Positions 56,069-64,000 of a DNA stretch of 64,000 nucleotides are shown here, one piece after another. The position numbers and the translations under genes are program-made. The notes beneath the pieces are model-generated. The model saw nothing but the letters and a program-made list of their open reading frames with translations, was not told the DNA's origin and did not search any database. This DNA comes from a virus: IMG/VR virus record IMGVR_UViG_3300031608_000001, positions 2,663 through 66,662 of that record; one strand, written 5' to 3'. Numbering within the stretch: position 1 is the stretch's first letter; each line of letters starts with the position of its first letter.

Positions 56069-56991
56069 TAGTGGGCATTCATCTCTAATTCAACTAAGGT
56101 CGCACTTAAATTAATTTCTGGGTCAGCACATGAAACACTCTTAACCATGCCATCTCTAATAATAACAATGCTCTGGTCTTGCTTCAGTGGATCTGTTCCC
56201 CACAGTTCTAAGTTACGATATAAGAATTTAAAGATGTCTTCATACTCTTCAGGCCTTGCTTGGTCACATATTAATGTCCTTGCTTTTTTATAATCGCCTG
56301 CTTTAAATAAGTCCACCATGGCTAACATCCAATCTTGTGTAGCACCGTCGCCTGCTTGTGGTTTCTGTAGGACGCCATCAAGTACATTCTGCTGTACTAA
56401 GTTAATACTTTTCCTTAAGTCAGGATAACTTGCTTGTACATAAGTGTCTAGTGTTTCTAAGTCTATCTCTACGCCTTCTGTTACACAGATAGTTGCGATA
56501 CGAGCCGTGAATTCATTTATGTCTAGTTTCTCAATATGGAAACCCTGTGACCTACTATGTAGTGCTGGTATAATTCGTTGTGGATAGTTACAAGTAAGTA
56601 TAAACCTAGCAGTTGTATGATACATTTCCATCATGCCACGTAAAGCCGCTTGACCGTTTGGTGTAATGTAATCTGCTTCATCAAGTAATACATACTTAAA
56701 GTCACCAAAAGGCATTGTGCTTACAAAGTTTGTAATACGATCTCTAATAATATCAATACCGTTTTCGTTACTAGCATTAATTTCTAGTACATCAAACGGA
56801 TCTACTTCTAAACTGTTTAGCAATAACTTTGCTAGTGTTGTCTTACCTGTGCCAGGTGCTCCGCTGAATAGTAAATGCGGTAATGCGCCATCGCCAATCC
56901 ATGCTTCAATTTGTCTACGTTGGTTAGCATCACGGAATACATATCCGTCTACTGTATTTGGTCGATATTTCTCTACCCATAATTCTTTCAT
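56068..56991 (-). CDS. clamp loader subunit (gp44/RFC-small)
   Basis: WVEKYRP, GAPGTGKT, INAS, LDEAD, LTCNY, SR. Confidence 0.93.
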   Translation of the reverse strand: MKELWVEKYRPNTVDGYVFRDANQRRQIEAWIGDGALPHLLFSGAPGTGKTTLAKLLLNSLEVDPFDVLEINASNENGIDIIRDRITNFVSTMPFGDFKYVLLDEADYITPNGQAALRGMMEMYHTTARFILTCNYPQRIIPALHSRSQGFHIEKLDINEFTARIATICVTEGVEIDLETLDTYVQASYPDLRKSINLVQQNVLDGVLQKPQAGDGATQDWMLAMVDLFKAGDYKKARTLICDQARPEEYEDIFKFLYRNLELWGTDPLKQDQSIVIIRDGMVKSVSCADPEINLSATLVELEMNAH

Positions 56992-57227
56992 TTAAGTACC
57001 TCTACTGTTGTATAGTCATGAAACGTTGTGTTCACAAAGTTCCTTATTTTTTCTATTCTTTTTATATTGCCGCAGTCGTCATAACAATATGTTACAAGTT
57101 TCTGTTTTATTATACCTTCGATTGCTCCTGGGTATAGGATCTCACAGTTCATGTGCCCTGGTAAGTGTGCTGATATCTCTGCTGGTTGCTCGATATACAG
57201 ATCGTCAAATAAGTCGCCTTGTTTCAT
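56988..57227 (-). CDS. hypothetical protein
   Basis: 79 aa; promoter TTGACA-N17-TATAAT at 57235-57263, leaderless spacing. Confidence 0.65.
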   Translation of the reverse strand: MKQGDLFDDLYIEQPAEISAHLPGHMNCEILYPGAIEGIIKQKLVTYCYDDCGNIKRIEKIRNFVNTTFHDYTTVEVLK

Positions 57228-57263
57228 ATACTATATTATAAACTAAAAGGGGAGTAATGTCAA

Positions 57264-58025
57264 CTACTTTGTGTAGCCAAAACATTCAAAATCCATATTC
57301 CAACATTCAGCGATCTTTTCCCTGTTGTTGTTATGGTCTAAAAGGTAAGCAAAATCGCTAGTACTCACTTTGTCATGTGGATGTCTGTGAGCGAATACGT
57401 TTGCTGTATGTAAGTCTGTGGACCTGCCTAGTATTGCTTGTGATACTGCTGGCCATTGTGTGGTAATGCTTTCTTGCTGAACAACATGATCAAAGAAATG
57501 TATGTTGTCTGCGTTATTGTTTAGGACTGTATGGAACAATGGTTCGTTGACCAAACTAACTTGCCACCAATACTTTGCGTTGGTGCCACTGTGATATTCA
57601 ACTAGGCTATCTAAGAAATTAGTAAAGCCTTCAATGTGTATGCTCTTGTCGTCTGTCATCTTGTACAAGGTCATGTCTAATTGTAGTTCAGGGAATATGT
57701 CGGTTGGAGGTTGGTTAGGGTGTGTTAGGTCACTGACGTTAACACCTATGTCTGGACCGTAGTGCCAAATGTCTGCTAAGTATCCTGCTACAATTCGTGT
57801 ATAAGGATTACGACAGAATGTTACTTTAGGTCCTGCGAGTATATCGTTTTCAATAATATCAAATAGGTCGTAGTTGATAAACGCATTGTCACCTGATAGG
57901 TCTAAGTAATTATCTTGACCAATGTATTCGCCAAGCCAGTTGTTTAAACTATTACTACCGCAACGTCTTGCTTTAACAAATACAAACGGTGTAGCAATAT
58001 GTTTCTTACCTATTAGTATTTCCAT
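57264..58025 (-). CDS. sulfotransferase-like protein (paralog 1)
   Basis: VKARRCGSNS, RNPYTRIVA, DFECFGY. Confidence 0.75.
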   Translation of the reverse strand: MEILIGKKHIATPFVFVKARRCGSNSLNNWLGEYIGQDNYLDLSGDNAFINYDLFDIIENDILAGPKVTFCRNPYTRIVAGYLADIWHYGPDIGVNVSDLTHPNQPPTDIFPELQLDMTLYKMTDDKSIHIEGFTNFLDSLVEYHSGTNAKYWWQVSLVNEPLFHTVLNNNADNIHFFDHVVQQESITTQWPAVSQAILGRSTDLHTANVFAHRHPHDKVSTSDFAYLLDHNNNREKIAECWNMDFECFGYTK

Positions 58026-58028
58026 TAT

Positions 58029-58100
58029 CTAATTACCCCAAGGAGCAATCCAGTGCTTATAAAAACTCTTGCCCCATTTGTTAATTAACTTCATTATCAT
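58029..58100 (-). CDS. possible 23-aa peptide
   Basis: MIMKLINKWGKSFYKHWIAPWGN fills the gap; TAATG coupling. Confidence 0.35.
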   Translation of the reverse strand: MIMKLINKWGKSFYKHWIAPWGN

Positions 58101-58894
58101 TATTTCTCATACCCAAAGCATTCAAAGTCCATGTTCCAGACATCAGCAATCTTTTCTCTGTTGTTGTTATAGTCTAGCAAGTACGAATAGTCTGGCTTAG
58201 TAGTTGATGTCAAGTGCCTGTCGTTAAACGTATTTTGTTTGTTTAGTGGTATAGGCTCTCCTAATATCTTTTCACTTACTATAGGAAATGCTGTTGCTAT
58301 TTCTTCTTGCTTAATTATGTAATCAAAGAATTGTACATTGTCTTTGTTATTATCTAATACTGTATGGAACAACGGTAATGTTACACTAGTGTTCTGCCAC
58401 CAGTAGTCAGTTAGTGTGTAAATGTACGAGTCGGATTTAGTTGTATCTACTTTTTGATTGTATTCTATTAACTTGTCTAAAAAGAATGTAAAGTTTTCTA
58501 CGTGAATATCTTTATCTTGTGTAAGTTTATACGAGTCAAACTTGACAACATCCTGCCAACCAATACTGTTATAGTCTGGTTGAGTTTTATGTGATGTGTC
58601 GCTAATGTTTGCTGGTAAGTCTTTGGCAAGATGCCATATGTCAACGAAGTAACTTGCTACAATTCTTGTGTACGGACTACGACTAAATGTAACCTTTGTG
58701 CCTGCTAGTATATCATCTTCAACAATATTAAACAGACTATAGTTATTACACCAGTTGTCTCCTGCCATGTAACAATAGTTATCTTTGCCTACATTATCAT
58801 CTAGCCAATGATTTAAACTGTTACTACCACAACGTCTTGCTTTAACAAATACAAAAGGATTTTTATAATCCTTATGGCTTACAATTATTTCCAC
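58100..58894 (-). CDS. sulfotransferase-like protein (paralog 2)
   Basis: VKARRCGSNS, RSPYTRIVAS, DFECFGY. Confidence 0.75.
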   Translation of the reverse strand: MEIIVSHKDYKNPFVFVKARRCGSNSLNHWLDDNVGKDNYCYMAGDNWCNNYSLFNIVEDDILAGTKVTFSRSPYTRIVASYFVDIWHLAKDLPANISDTSHKTQPDYNSIGWQDVVKFDSYKLTQDKDIHVENFTFFLDKLIEYNQKVDTTKSDSYIYTLTDYWWQNTSVTLPLFHTVLDNNKDNVQFFDYIIKQEEIATAFPIVSEKILGEPIPLNKQNTFNDRHLTSTTKPDYSYLLDYNNNREKIADVWNMDFECFGYEK

Positions 58895-59130
58895 TTACGT
58901 TTAAGTTCCTTTGATATAAGTAACTTCTTGTGTTCATGTAAGTAGTCATCTTCCTCGTGGTACACCGGAGACTTTTTAATAATCTCTTGGCATTGCCACA
59001 ATACTTCATAAACTTTCTTTTTACAACCAAAGCCATTGAAACCATCTATGTTGTTGTCGTGCATTACGCCTTCCCACTGCCATAGTTGTTCTCTAATTGC
59101 TTTGTTACCTGTTTTTTCAATGTACGGCAT
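58885..59130 (-). CDS. hypothetical protein
   Basis: 81 aa; DGFNGFGCKK. Confidence 0.7.
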   Translation of the reverse strand: MPYIEKTGNKAIREQLWQWEGVMHDNNIDGFNGFGCKKKVYEVLWQCQEIIKKSPVYHEEDDYLHEHKKLLISKELKRKWK

Positions 59131-59368
59131 TATTATCCTTCTTTTTAAAATATGATCTTACAAAATACTTTCTAACGATTGCTACCATAGTAAAGTTTAC
59201 TGTAAGGAATACAGAAGTCCAAAAGATTGTTTCGGCTTCTGTGGTTAAGTCGGGCAGGAAAGTTCTGTTTGCTACATATAACAAGAACATGTTTAACGGA
59301 AAGTTAATTACTAATGCTAGTGCTGTGTCGCTTACTGATTCAAAGAGTGCGTCTTTATCTAGGCTCAC
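59117..59368 (-). CDS. small membrane protein
   Basis: ES...two TM segments...RKYFVRSYF. Confidence 0.65.
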   Translation of the reverse strand: MSLDKDALFESVSDTALALVINFPLNMFLLYVANRTFLPDLTTEAETIFWTSVFLTVNFTMVAIVRKYFVRSYFKKKDNNAVH

Positions 59369-59865
59369 ACTTCGCCCGGATTCACGGTTTGAGTACTGGC
59401 TTGCTTGGCTGAGAACACTCTTTGTTGTTCATTCAACGCAGACGTCATTGCCTGTCCCTCAATATATTCATCGGGTAAATCGGTGCCCGGATAATATCCT
59501 AGTACACCGTCGTGGTAATCAACCTTCCAAAACAAGAATTCATGATTTGTTTTTGCTGAAGGATTGATTGTCATTTCTACTTCGTCAGTATCAACATGTA
59601 ATGTTTCTGCTAACTGGTCTCTATAATCATTTGTGTTTAGTCTTAAGTTGTTAGTCCATCTGCCATGCTTTACAACTACCCACCATCCTGGTTGTAGTGT
59701 GTCACTGACATCAGGTCCTACACTTAATACTTGGAACCATCTTGCTCTGATACCTGTTTCTTTGGCATCATCATTTAGTAGATAAATTCCACTTGCTAGA
59801 CGCTTCTCACCGAAGTCGCCATTTATACATAAAAGGTTGTCACCTATTGCTTTTAGTTTACTCAT
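59365..59865 (-). CDS. GroES-like co-chaperonin (probable start MSKLKA)
   Basis: LKAIGD, EKRLASGIYL, VLSVGP, LQPG. Confidence 0.75.
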   Translation of the reverse strand: MSKLKAIGDNLLCINGDFGEKRLASGIYLLNDDAKETGIRARWFQVLSVGPDVSDTLQPGWWVVVKHGRWTNNLRLNTNDYRDQLAETLHVDTDEVEMTINPSAKTNHEFLFWKVDYHDGVLGYYPGTDLPDEYIEGQAMTSALNEQQRVFSAKQASTQTVNPGEV

Positions 59866-60346
59866 TGTCTTCCCAGTCATCTTCAAATATTGGCACCATA
59901 TCAATGTCACCGTTTGGTAGTTCTACTTCTTTATAAGTAATTGGTTCTTTGCTTTGTGCCTGTGCTTTATTCTTTGCTATTTGTGTTGCAACTGCCACTT
60001 CAGGATCTATTTCGTTTTGTTGCTTGACTGGTTCAGGATCTGGTTTGATCTTTGATTCTGCTCTTGCTGTGGAGGCTGTCTTTGGAGCAGGTCCTCCTGG
60101 TACACTAATGTCACCCGATACTGGCTGTGTTGATTTAACACTAACGTTCTCGTCTACTGATGAGTCGGCATTCTTATAGAATTCTCTAGCACGTTCGTCT
60201 GCTGTTTTAATTACTTCACCACCCGGACCCAGTAAGTCTCCTCTAGCATTAACTCTCATGTTGCCTATCGCAATACTGTCGCCTTGCTGAGCAATGACTG
60301 ACTCCATGTCAATGACCTTGCCTTTACTTGTTATATGTTTACTCAT
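59858..60346 (-). CDS. conserved-type hypothetical phage protein
   Basis: GKVIDM...AIGNMRVNARGD.LG.GG. Confidence 0.75.
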   Translation of the reverse strand: MSKHITSKGKVIDMESVIAQQGDSIAIGNMRVNARGDLLGPGGEVIKTADERAREFYKNADSSVDENVSVKSTQPVSGDISVPGGPAPKTASTARAESKIKPDPEPVKQQNEIDPEVAVATQIAKNKAQAQSKEPITYKEVELPNGDIDMVPIFEDDWEDNE

Positions 60347-60881
60347 CTTTTAAAAATTCCTTAATGTCTAAATTGTATTTGAGGCTATCAACTTTATGTA
60401 CACCAAGTATATATAATACATAACTTGCTACACTACTGCCTCTTCCAACACCCCAGACTATATCATTACTTCTCATGGTATCAATAATATATATCAACAC
60501 TTGTAGTATAGGATATAGGTTTCTGGTTCTATACATCTCTAACTCTATACTTATCCTCTGGACTGCCTCTATGCGTACATCCTTTGGCAATCTTTGTGAA
60601 ATGTATTGTTCAATATCAATTGCTTTATATTCATCGGGTATGAACCATTTAGTTTGTTGTTGTGTGTGGTAAGTAGGAATGTCAATATCCATTTCATCTA
60701 ACACACCTAAAGGTCGCAAGTCCAAATGGTCGCATAATGTATTGTATAACCCTACATCATCGCTGTTTACAAACTCTGCGTCATCTAATGACTTGTTGTT
60801 GTACAACATTTCTATGCCATGATCGTCATCAATTAACGATCTGCTAAATTTGTCTGTGTTTATATTAACTTTGGTTTCCAT
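60339..60881 (-). CDS. DNA polymerase III alpha-like fragment
   Basis: RI..EL...VWGVGRGSSVASYVLY.LGVHKVD..KYNL...FL. Confidence 0.8.
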   Translation of the reverse strand: METKVNINTDKFSRSLIDDDHGIEMLYNNKSLDDAEFVNSDDVGLYNTLCDHLDLRPLGVLDEMDIDIPTYHTQQQTKWFIPDEYKAIDIEQYISQRLPKDVRIEAVQRISIELEMYRTRNLYPILQVLIYIIDTMRSNDIVWGVGRGSSVASYVLYILGVHKVDSLKYNLDIKEFLKDE

Positions 60882-61603
60882 GATTTATTCTTTTTAAATT
60901 CTTCTAAGTCGATTATCTCGCCTGATGTTTTAGAATCGCTCATTGCTTCTCTAATCTTACTGTCTAGTTCATTGAGCGGGTGTGTTACTGCTTCTTGTAC
61001 TTTATCAAAATGATTTTCTAAGTAAAAGTTATACTCTTCTTCGTCTTTAGCAGACCCATCAAACGTACTAATGTCGTTCCTAAACCACCAAGGTAGTTCG
61101 TGGAATGCTATTGTACCATCTAGTATCATATCCGTAATGCTAGGTAAAAAGTCGTATTCTGTTTCATCATCGTAGTAAGTATAACAAACTTTTGTCCTAT
61201 TGTCAATGATTTCCAGTCCGCCAATAAAACATTGATCAGTTATTGTATTCAGTTTAGCATGTAACATAATACCTAATGATGCTTCGCCTAAGTCCGGCGA
61301 CAGTAGTACATTATTATCAAACTCACTAAACAACCCTAGCATCTTGTCTGCTGTTTTAGGACTTACTAAAAACGATTCATTTATAATTGTGTCTAGGAAA
61401 AAGTTTACCTTATGAAAGTTTGTTGAATGAACTATGTTAATTTCTTTTTGGTTGTTTATTGCGTCAACTGGTGCGGCTGTTAACTCTACGTTAATAGTGT
61501 ACGGAACGTTCTCCATGCTATATAGGTCATCAAAGTAATGTACCTTGTTAAGTATTACTTCTTTGGTTATTCTTGTGTGGCTATTTTTTGGTGTCATATA
61601 CAT
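60860..61603 (-). CDS. hypothetical phage protein
   Basis: 247 aa; PWWFR, C-terminal WKPKLI. Confidence 0.72.
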   Translation of the reverse strand: MYMTPKNSHTRITKEVILNKVHYFDDLYSMENVPYTINVELTAAPVDAINNQKEINIVHSTNFHKVNFFLDTIINESFLVSPKTADKMLGLFSEFDNNVLLSPDLGEASLGIMLHAKLNTITDQCFIGGLEIIDNRTKVCYTYYDDETEYDFLPSITDMILDGTIAFHELPWWFRNDISTFDGSAKDEEEYNFYLENHFDKVQEAVTHPLNELDSKIREAMSDSKTSGEIIDLEEFKKNKSWKPKLI

Positions 61604-61910
61604 ATGATTGTGCTAATAGTTTTGTTACTGCTGTTAGCCTCATCTCCTCTTTTTCTTCTTCTGGAATTGGATCCGGATCAACTTTCATTTCACCTTGGCC
61701 TATTTCTATTATCTCGTCCCCTTCTTCTATATCTTTTCTGAATGCTTCTAGTTCTATTCTTTCGCCGTACTCGAACCTAGCATCATCAATATATGATTGT
61801 AGTTGTCGATAAGCAGGGTGCTGTGGATTGGCCGCGAATAGTTTCTTCTGTGCTGTTTCAATATGATCAAGCAATTCGCTGTCGTCGTATTTAGAAAAAT
61901 CATTAAACAT
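61581..61910 (-). CDS. hypothetical protein
   Basis: 109 aa acidic ORF. Confidence 0.7.
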   Translation of the reverse strand: MFNDFSKYDDSELLDHIETAQKKLFAANPQHPAYRQLQSYIDDARFEYGERIELEAFRKDIEEGDEIIEIGQGEMKVDPDPIPEEEKEEMRLTAVTKLLAQSYVYDTKK

Positions 61911-62175
61911 TTTTTTGTTTTAATACGAATTCGGCACACAAAACTTTGTCTTCGAATCCGATAGTTTTACCTCTAATCTGTGCTAAGTTCTCTCTTAAGT
62001 GTTTTTTCTTAAGAAAGGACTGTGCGTACTCTCTATTATTTATGGTCACCTTATGCTCAAAGTTGTTCCAATATGATAACAGTATATTAGTACGTTCTTC
62101 TAGAGTAGGGTTTGCGTTATCGTAGATGTCTAGTAGTTCTTTGTGGTTCCAAATACTAGGTATAAAATTTGTCAT
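61903..62175 (-). CDS. hypothetical protein (probable start MTNFIP)
   Basis: IGFED...AEFVLK motif. Confidence 0.6.
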   Translation of the reverse strand: MTNFIPSIWNHKELLDIYDNANPTLEERTNILLSYWNNFEHKVTINNREYAQSFLKKKHLRENLAQIRGKTIGFEDKVLCAEFVLKQKNV

Positions 62176-62974
62176 AGTTCGCTTGGCTGAGTGAGTTAAA
62201 GGCATAACGTTGACTAAAGATTATATCCACAGAAGGCAATGCTTCTTTGATACAAAATTCAATAGCATAGTTTTGTGTTCTGCCGCCTACTGATAATTTA
62301 TAATTATTAATAATACTTTCACTAAACCCGCCGGGTAACTTGGCATCAGTTAAGTCTGAGTAACCTGTGTCAACTGGCTCGTAGTCCTGTGATATTGCTC
62401 GAGACATCTGTGTTTTAATGTCCTTTACACCCACGTACACCGTCTGTATGCGGTTTTCATTACCATGGACGAACTTTAGCATTGTTCTGCCTTTGTTACT
62501 GGTGATTAAAGTGTACTCATTGTTCTCGTCTATGACGTCCCAATGCCAGTGCTCCAAGTAAAAACGTAATGTATTAGTTAAGTCTGTGGTTTCGTATACG
62601 ATAGCATAGAAGTTTATAAGTTCGCTAGGTGCCTGTGTATTGGTAACAGGGTCAAAGCATTCACTTAGGTAGTCGCCCATTGCTGTTGGTCCGGCTATAG
62701 TTATTTCCATTCCGTTTGGGTCTTCAATTATTTCAAATTCTTCATCGTTCTCACTACCAAAGCCTAAACCATATATGCCGTCTTCGTCTTCTAGGCATGT
62801 TTTTACATACATGATAGCACTACCAGAAGAAAACCAACTGGCAATATCATCTTTGTTATCGCTTATCTTGTGAAACCCTAATGAATTAAAGTGGCCTAAC
62901 TGATGTGTGTCGTGCTTGATCGCACTCCATTGGTATTTAAGAAATGTTAGGTCTATTCGTGACTTCGTTGTCAT
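62156..62974 (-). CDS. VOC/glyoxalase-fold (HPPD-like) protein; probable start MTTKSR
   Basis: LGF, GIYGLGF, DPNG, T..FY; GGAGA RBS. Confidence 0.6.
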   Translation of the reverse strand: MTTKSRIDLTFLKYQWSAIKHDTHQLGHFNSLGFHKISDNKDDIASWFSSGSAIMYVKTCLEDEDGIYGLGFGSENDEEFEIIEDPNGMEITIAGPTAMGDYLSECFDPVTNTQAPSELINFYAIVYETTDLTNTLRFYLEHWHWDVIDENNEYTLITSNKGRTMLKFVHGNENRIQTVYVGVKDIKTQMSRAISQDYEPVDTGYSDLTDAKLPGGFSESIINNYKLSVGGRTQNYAIEFCIKEALPSVDIIFSQRYAFNSLSQANYDKFYT

Positions 62975-63101
62975 TTGTTTCTCCTTCAGCCGTATCACAT
63001 TTTTGACAACATTCGTCTGTTCCACATTTATCATGTACAACTCCGTCCTCGTCCGCAAGTGTGTTTACTTCTGCTGGTTTAAAATATTTTAATTCGTCCA
63101 T
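62937..63101 (-). CDS. small Cys-rich protein, 54 aa (not in ORF track)
   Basis: MDELKYF...HDKCGTDECCQKCD; late box 63107-63114. Confidence 0.6.
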   Translation of the reverse strand: MDELKYFKPAEVNTLADEDGVVHDKCGTDECCQKCDTAEGETNDNEVTNRPNIS

Positions 63102-63123
63102 GCAGATATTTATCTGCTTTTTA

Positions 63124-63714
63124 CTATCGTCTGCTTACTATCTCGTCAATTAAGCCGTATTCTAGTGCTTCTTTGGCAGTCATGAATCTATCACGCTCAA
63201 TATCACTGTTAATTGTGGCAAAGTCCTTGCCCTTACTGTTATGCTCTACATAAATTTCAGTAAGTTCTGTACGCATTCTACTAATCTCTTTTGCGGCAAT
63301 TTCAATATCAGTTTGCTGTCCGCTAGTGCCACCGCTTGGTTGATGGATCATGTGTCTTGCTTTAGGTAGCATGTATCTCTTACCTGGTGCGCCTGCCTGA
63401 GCAAGTAAACTTCCCATGCTACATGCTTGACCCATTATGATCGTTGACACATCTGGTTTGATATACTGCATAGTATCGTAAATGGCCATGCCAGCAGTAA
63501 CAACACCGCCTGGGGAATTAATATAAAAGTTAATTTCATCTGGGCCTTCTGCTTCTAAGAAAAGAAACTGAGCACAAATACTATTTGACACTTGGTCATC
63601 AACTGGTCCATTAAGAAACACTATGCGTTCCTTTAACAGTCTACTATAAATGTCGTAACTACGTTCGCCGCCTGCTACTTTCTCTACTACATAAGGTACA
63701 AAATTCATTACCAT
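63124..63714 (-). CDS. clpP: ATP-dependent Clp protease proteolytic subunit
   Basis: [37 protein letters not shown]. Confidence 0.96.
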   Translation of the reverse strand: MVMNFVPYVVEKVAGGERSYDIYSRLLKERIVFLNGPVDDQVSNSICAQFLFLEAEGPDEINFYINSPGGVVTAGMAIYDTMQYIKPDVSTIIMGQACSMGSLLAQAGAPGKRYMLPKARHMIHQPSGGTSGQQTDIEIAAKEISRMRTELTEIYVEHNSKGKDFATINSDIERDRFMTAKEALEYGLIDEIVSRR

Positions 63715-63908
63715 ATCTCCTTTTCTTTTTGTGTTGGTATAATATTATTTATTTTATTATCGTTTATTTCAATGATTTTCTTGTGTACCGTACTATGGAA
63801 TACATGTTCTTTAAAGTCATTGAAATTTAAGTTTAACATTGCTACTGGTATTTCTACTTGTCGCCACGGAAACACAAACAGATTATTTTCTACTGTTTGT
63901 AGTTCCAT
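63708..63908 (-). CDS. hypothetical protein
   Basis: 66 aa; late-like TTAAATA just upstream. Confidence 0.5.
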   Translation of the reverse strand: MELQTVENNLFVFPWRQVEIPVAMLNLNFNDFKEHVFHSTVHKKIIEINDNKINNIIPTQKEKEIW

Positions 63909-64000
63909 ATTATATTTAATAGCATCTAATATGTGGCATTTTGTTTTTATGATGTCTGTAAATTCATATTGCGGATATGTAACATCGCAATTATGATGAG

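Noticed and set aside
59097-59567. 156-aa plus-strand ORF
   Set aside because: Antisense to coupled minus-strand genes with better protein signatures.
1-64000. Stop-codon reassignment, as in some jumbo phages
   Set aside because: Standard code gives dense full-length genes, and TAA, TAG and TGA all end recognisable proteins.
1-64000. tRNA/rRNA genes, integrase, transposase, DGR or retron
   Set aside because: No cloverleaf, reverse transcriptase or recombinase motifs recognised; a tRNAscan-SE run would confirm.

Overview
This AT-rich 64-kb window comes from a large lytic dsDNA phage, most like the T4-related jumbo myoviruses of the RaK2/GAP32 type. This assignment rests on gene content and was not checked by database search. 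Almost all genes are on the minus strand and tightly packed. Replication genes: family-B DNA polymerase, sliding clamp, clamp loader, RNase H and a short DnaE-like fragment. A 7-deazaguanine DNA-modification cluster (DpdA2/TGT-fold, QueD-like, FolE, QueE; no QueC seen) is interleaved with a glycosyltransferase, GalE, a PRTase and a 2OG-Fe(II) oxygenase. Also present are ClpA, ClpP, DnaJ, GroES-like, a MoxR-VWA pair, an endonuclease-methyltransferase pair, four large virion fibre proteins (one collagen-like), lysozyme, spanins and many tailoring enzymes. Two promoter classes are visible: 14 sigma70-like early promoters (TTGACN-N16/17-TATA[A/C]T) and T4-late-like (A/T/C)TAAATA boxes. The most striking unexplained feature is a hairpin plus terminator in the 3' UTR of the MoxR gene (6555-6644, minus strand). 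Its loop displays ACUCCUACAACCUAC, the exact antisense of the GUAGGAG(U) ribosome-binding site shared by most leadered early-promoter genes, so it is a candidate phage anti-RBS small RNA. Other highlights are an ACP with the pantetheine Ser replaced by Asp and an unannotated 45-aa gene behind Pho-box-like 11-bp repeats. No tRNA, rRNA or CRISPR array was recognised.
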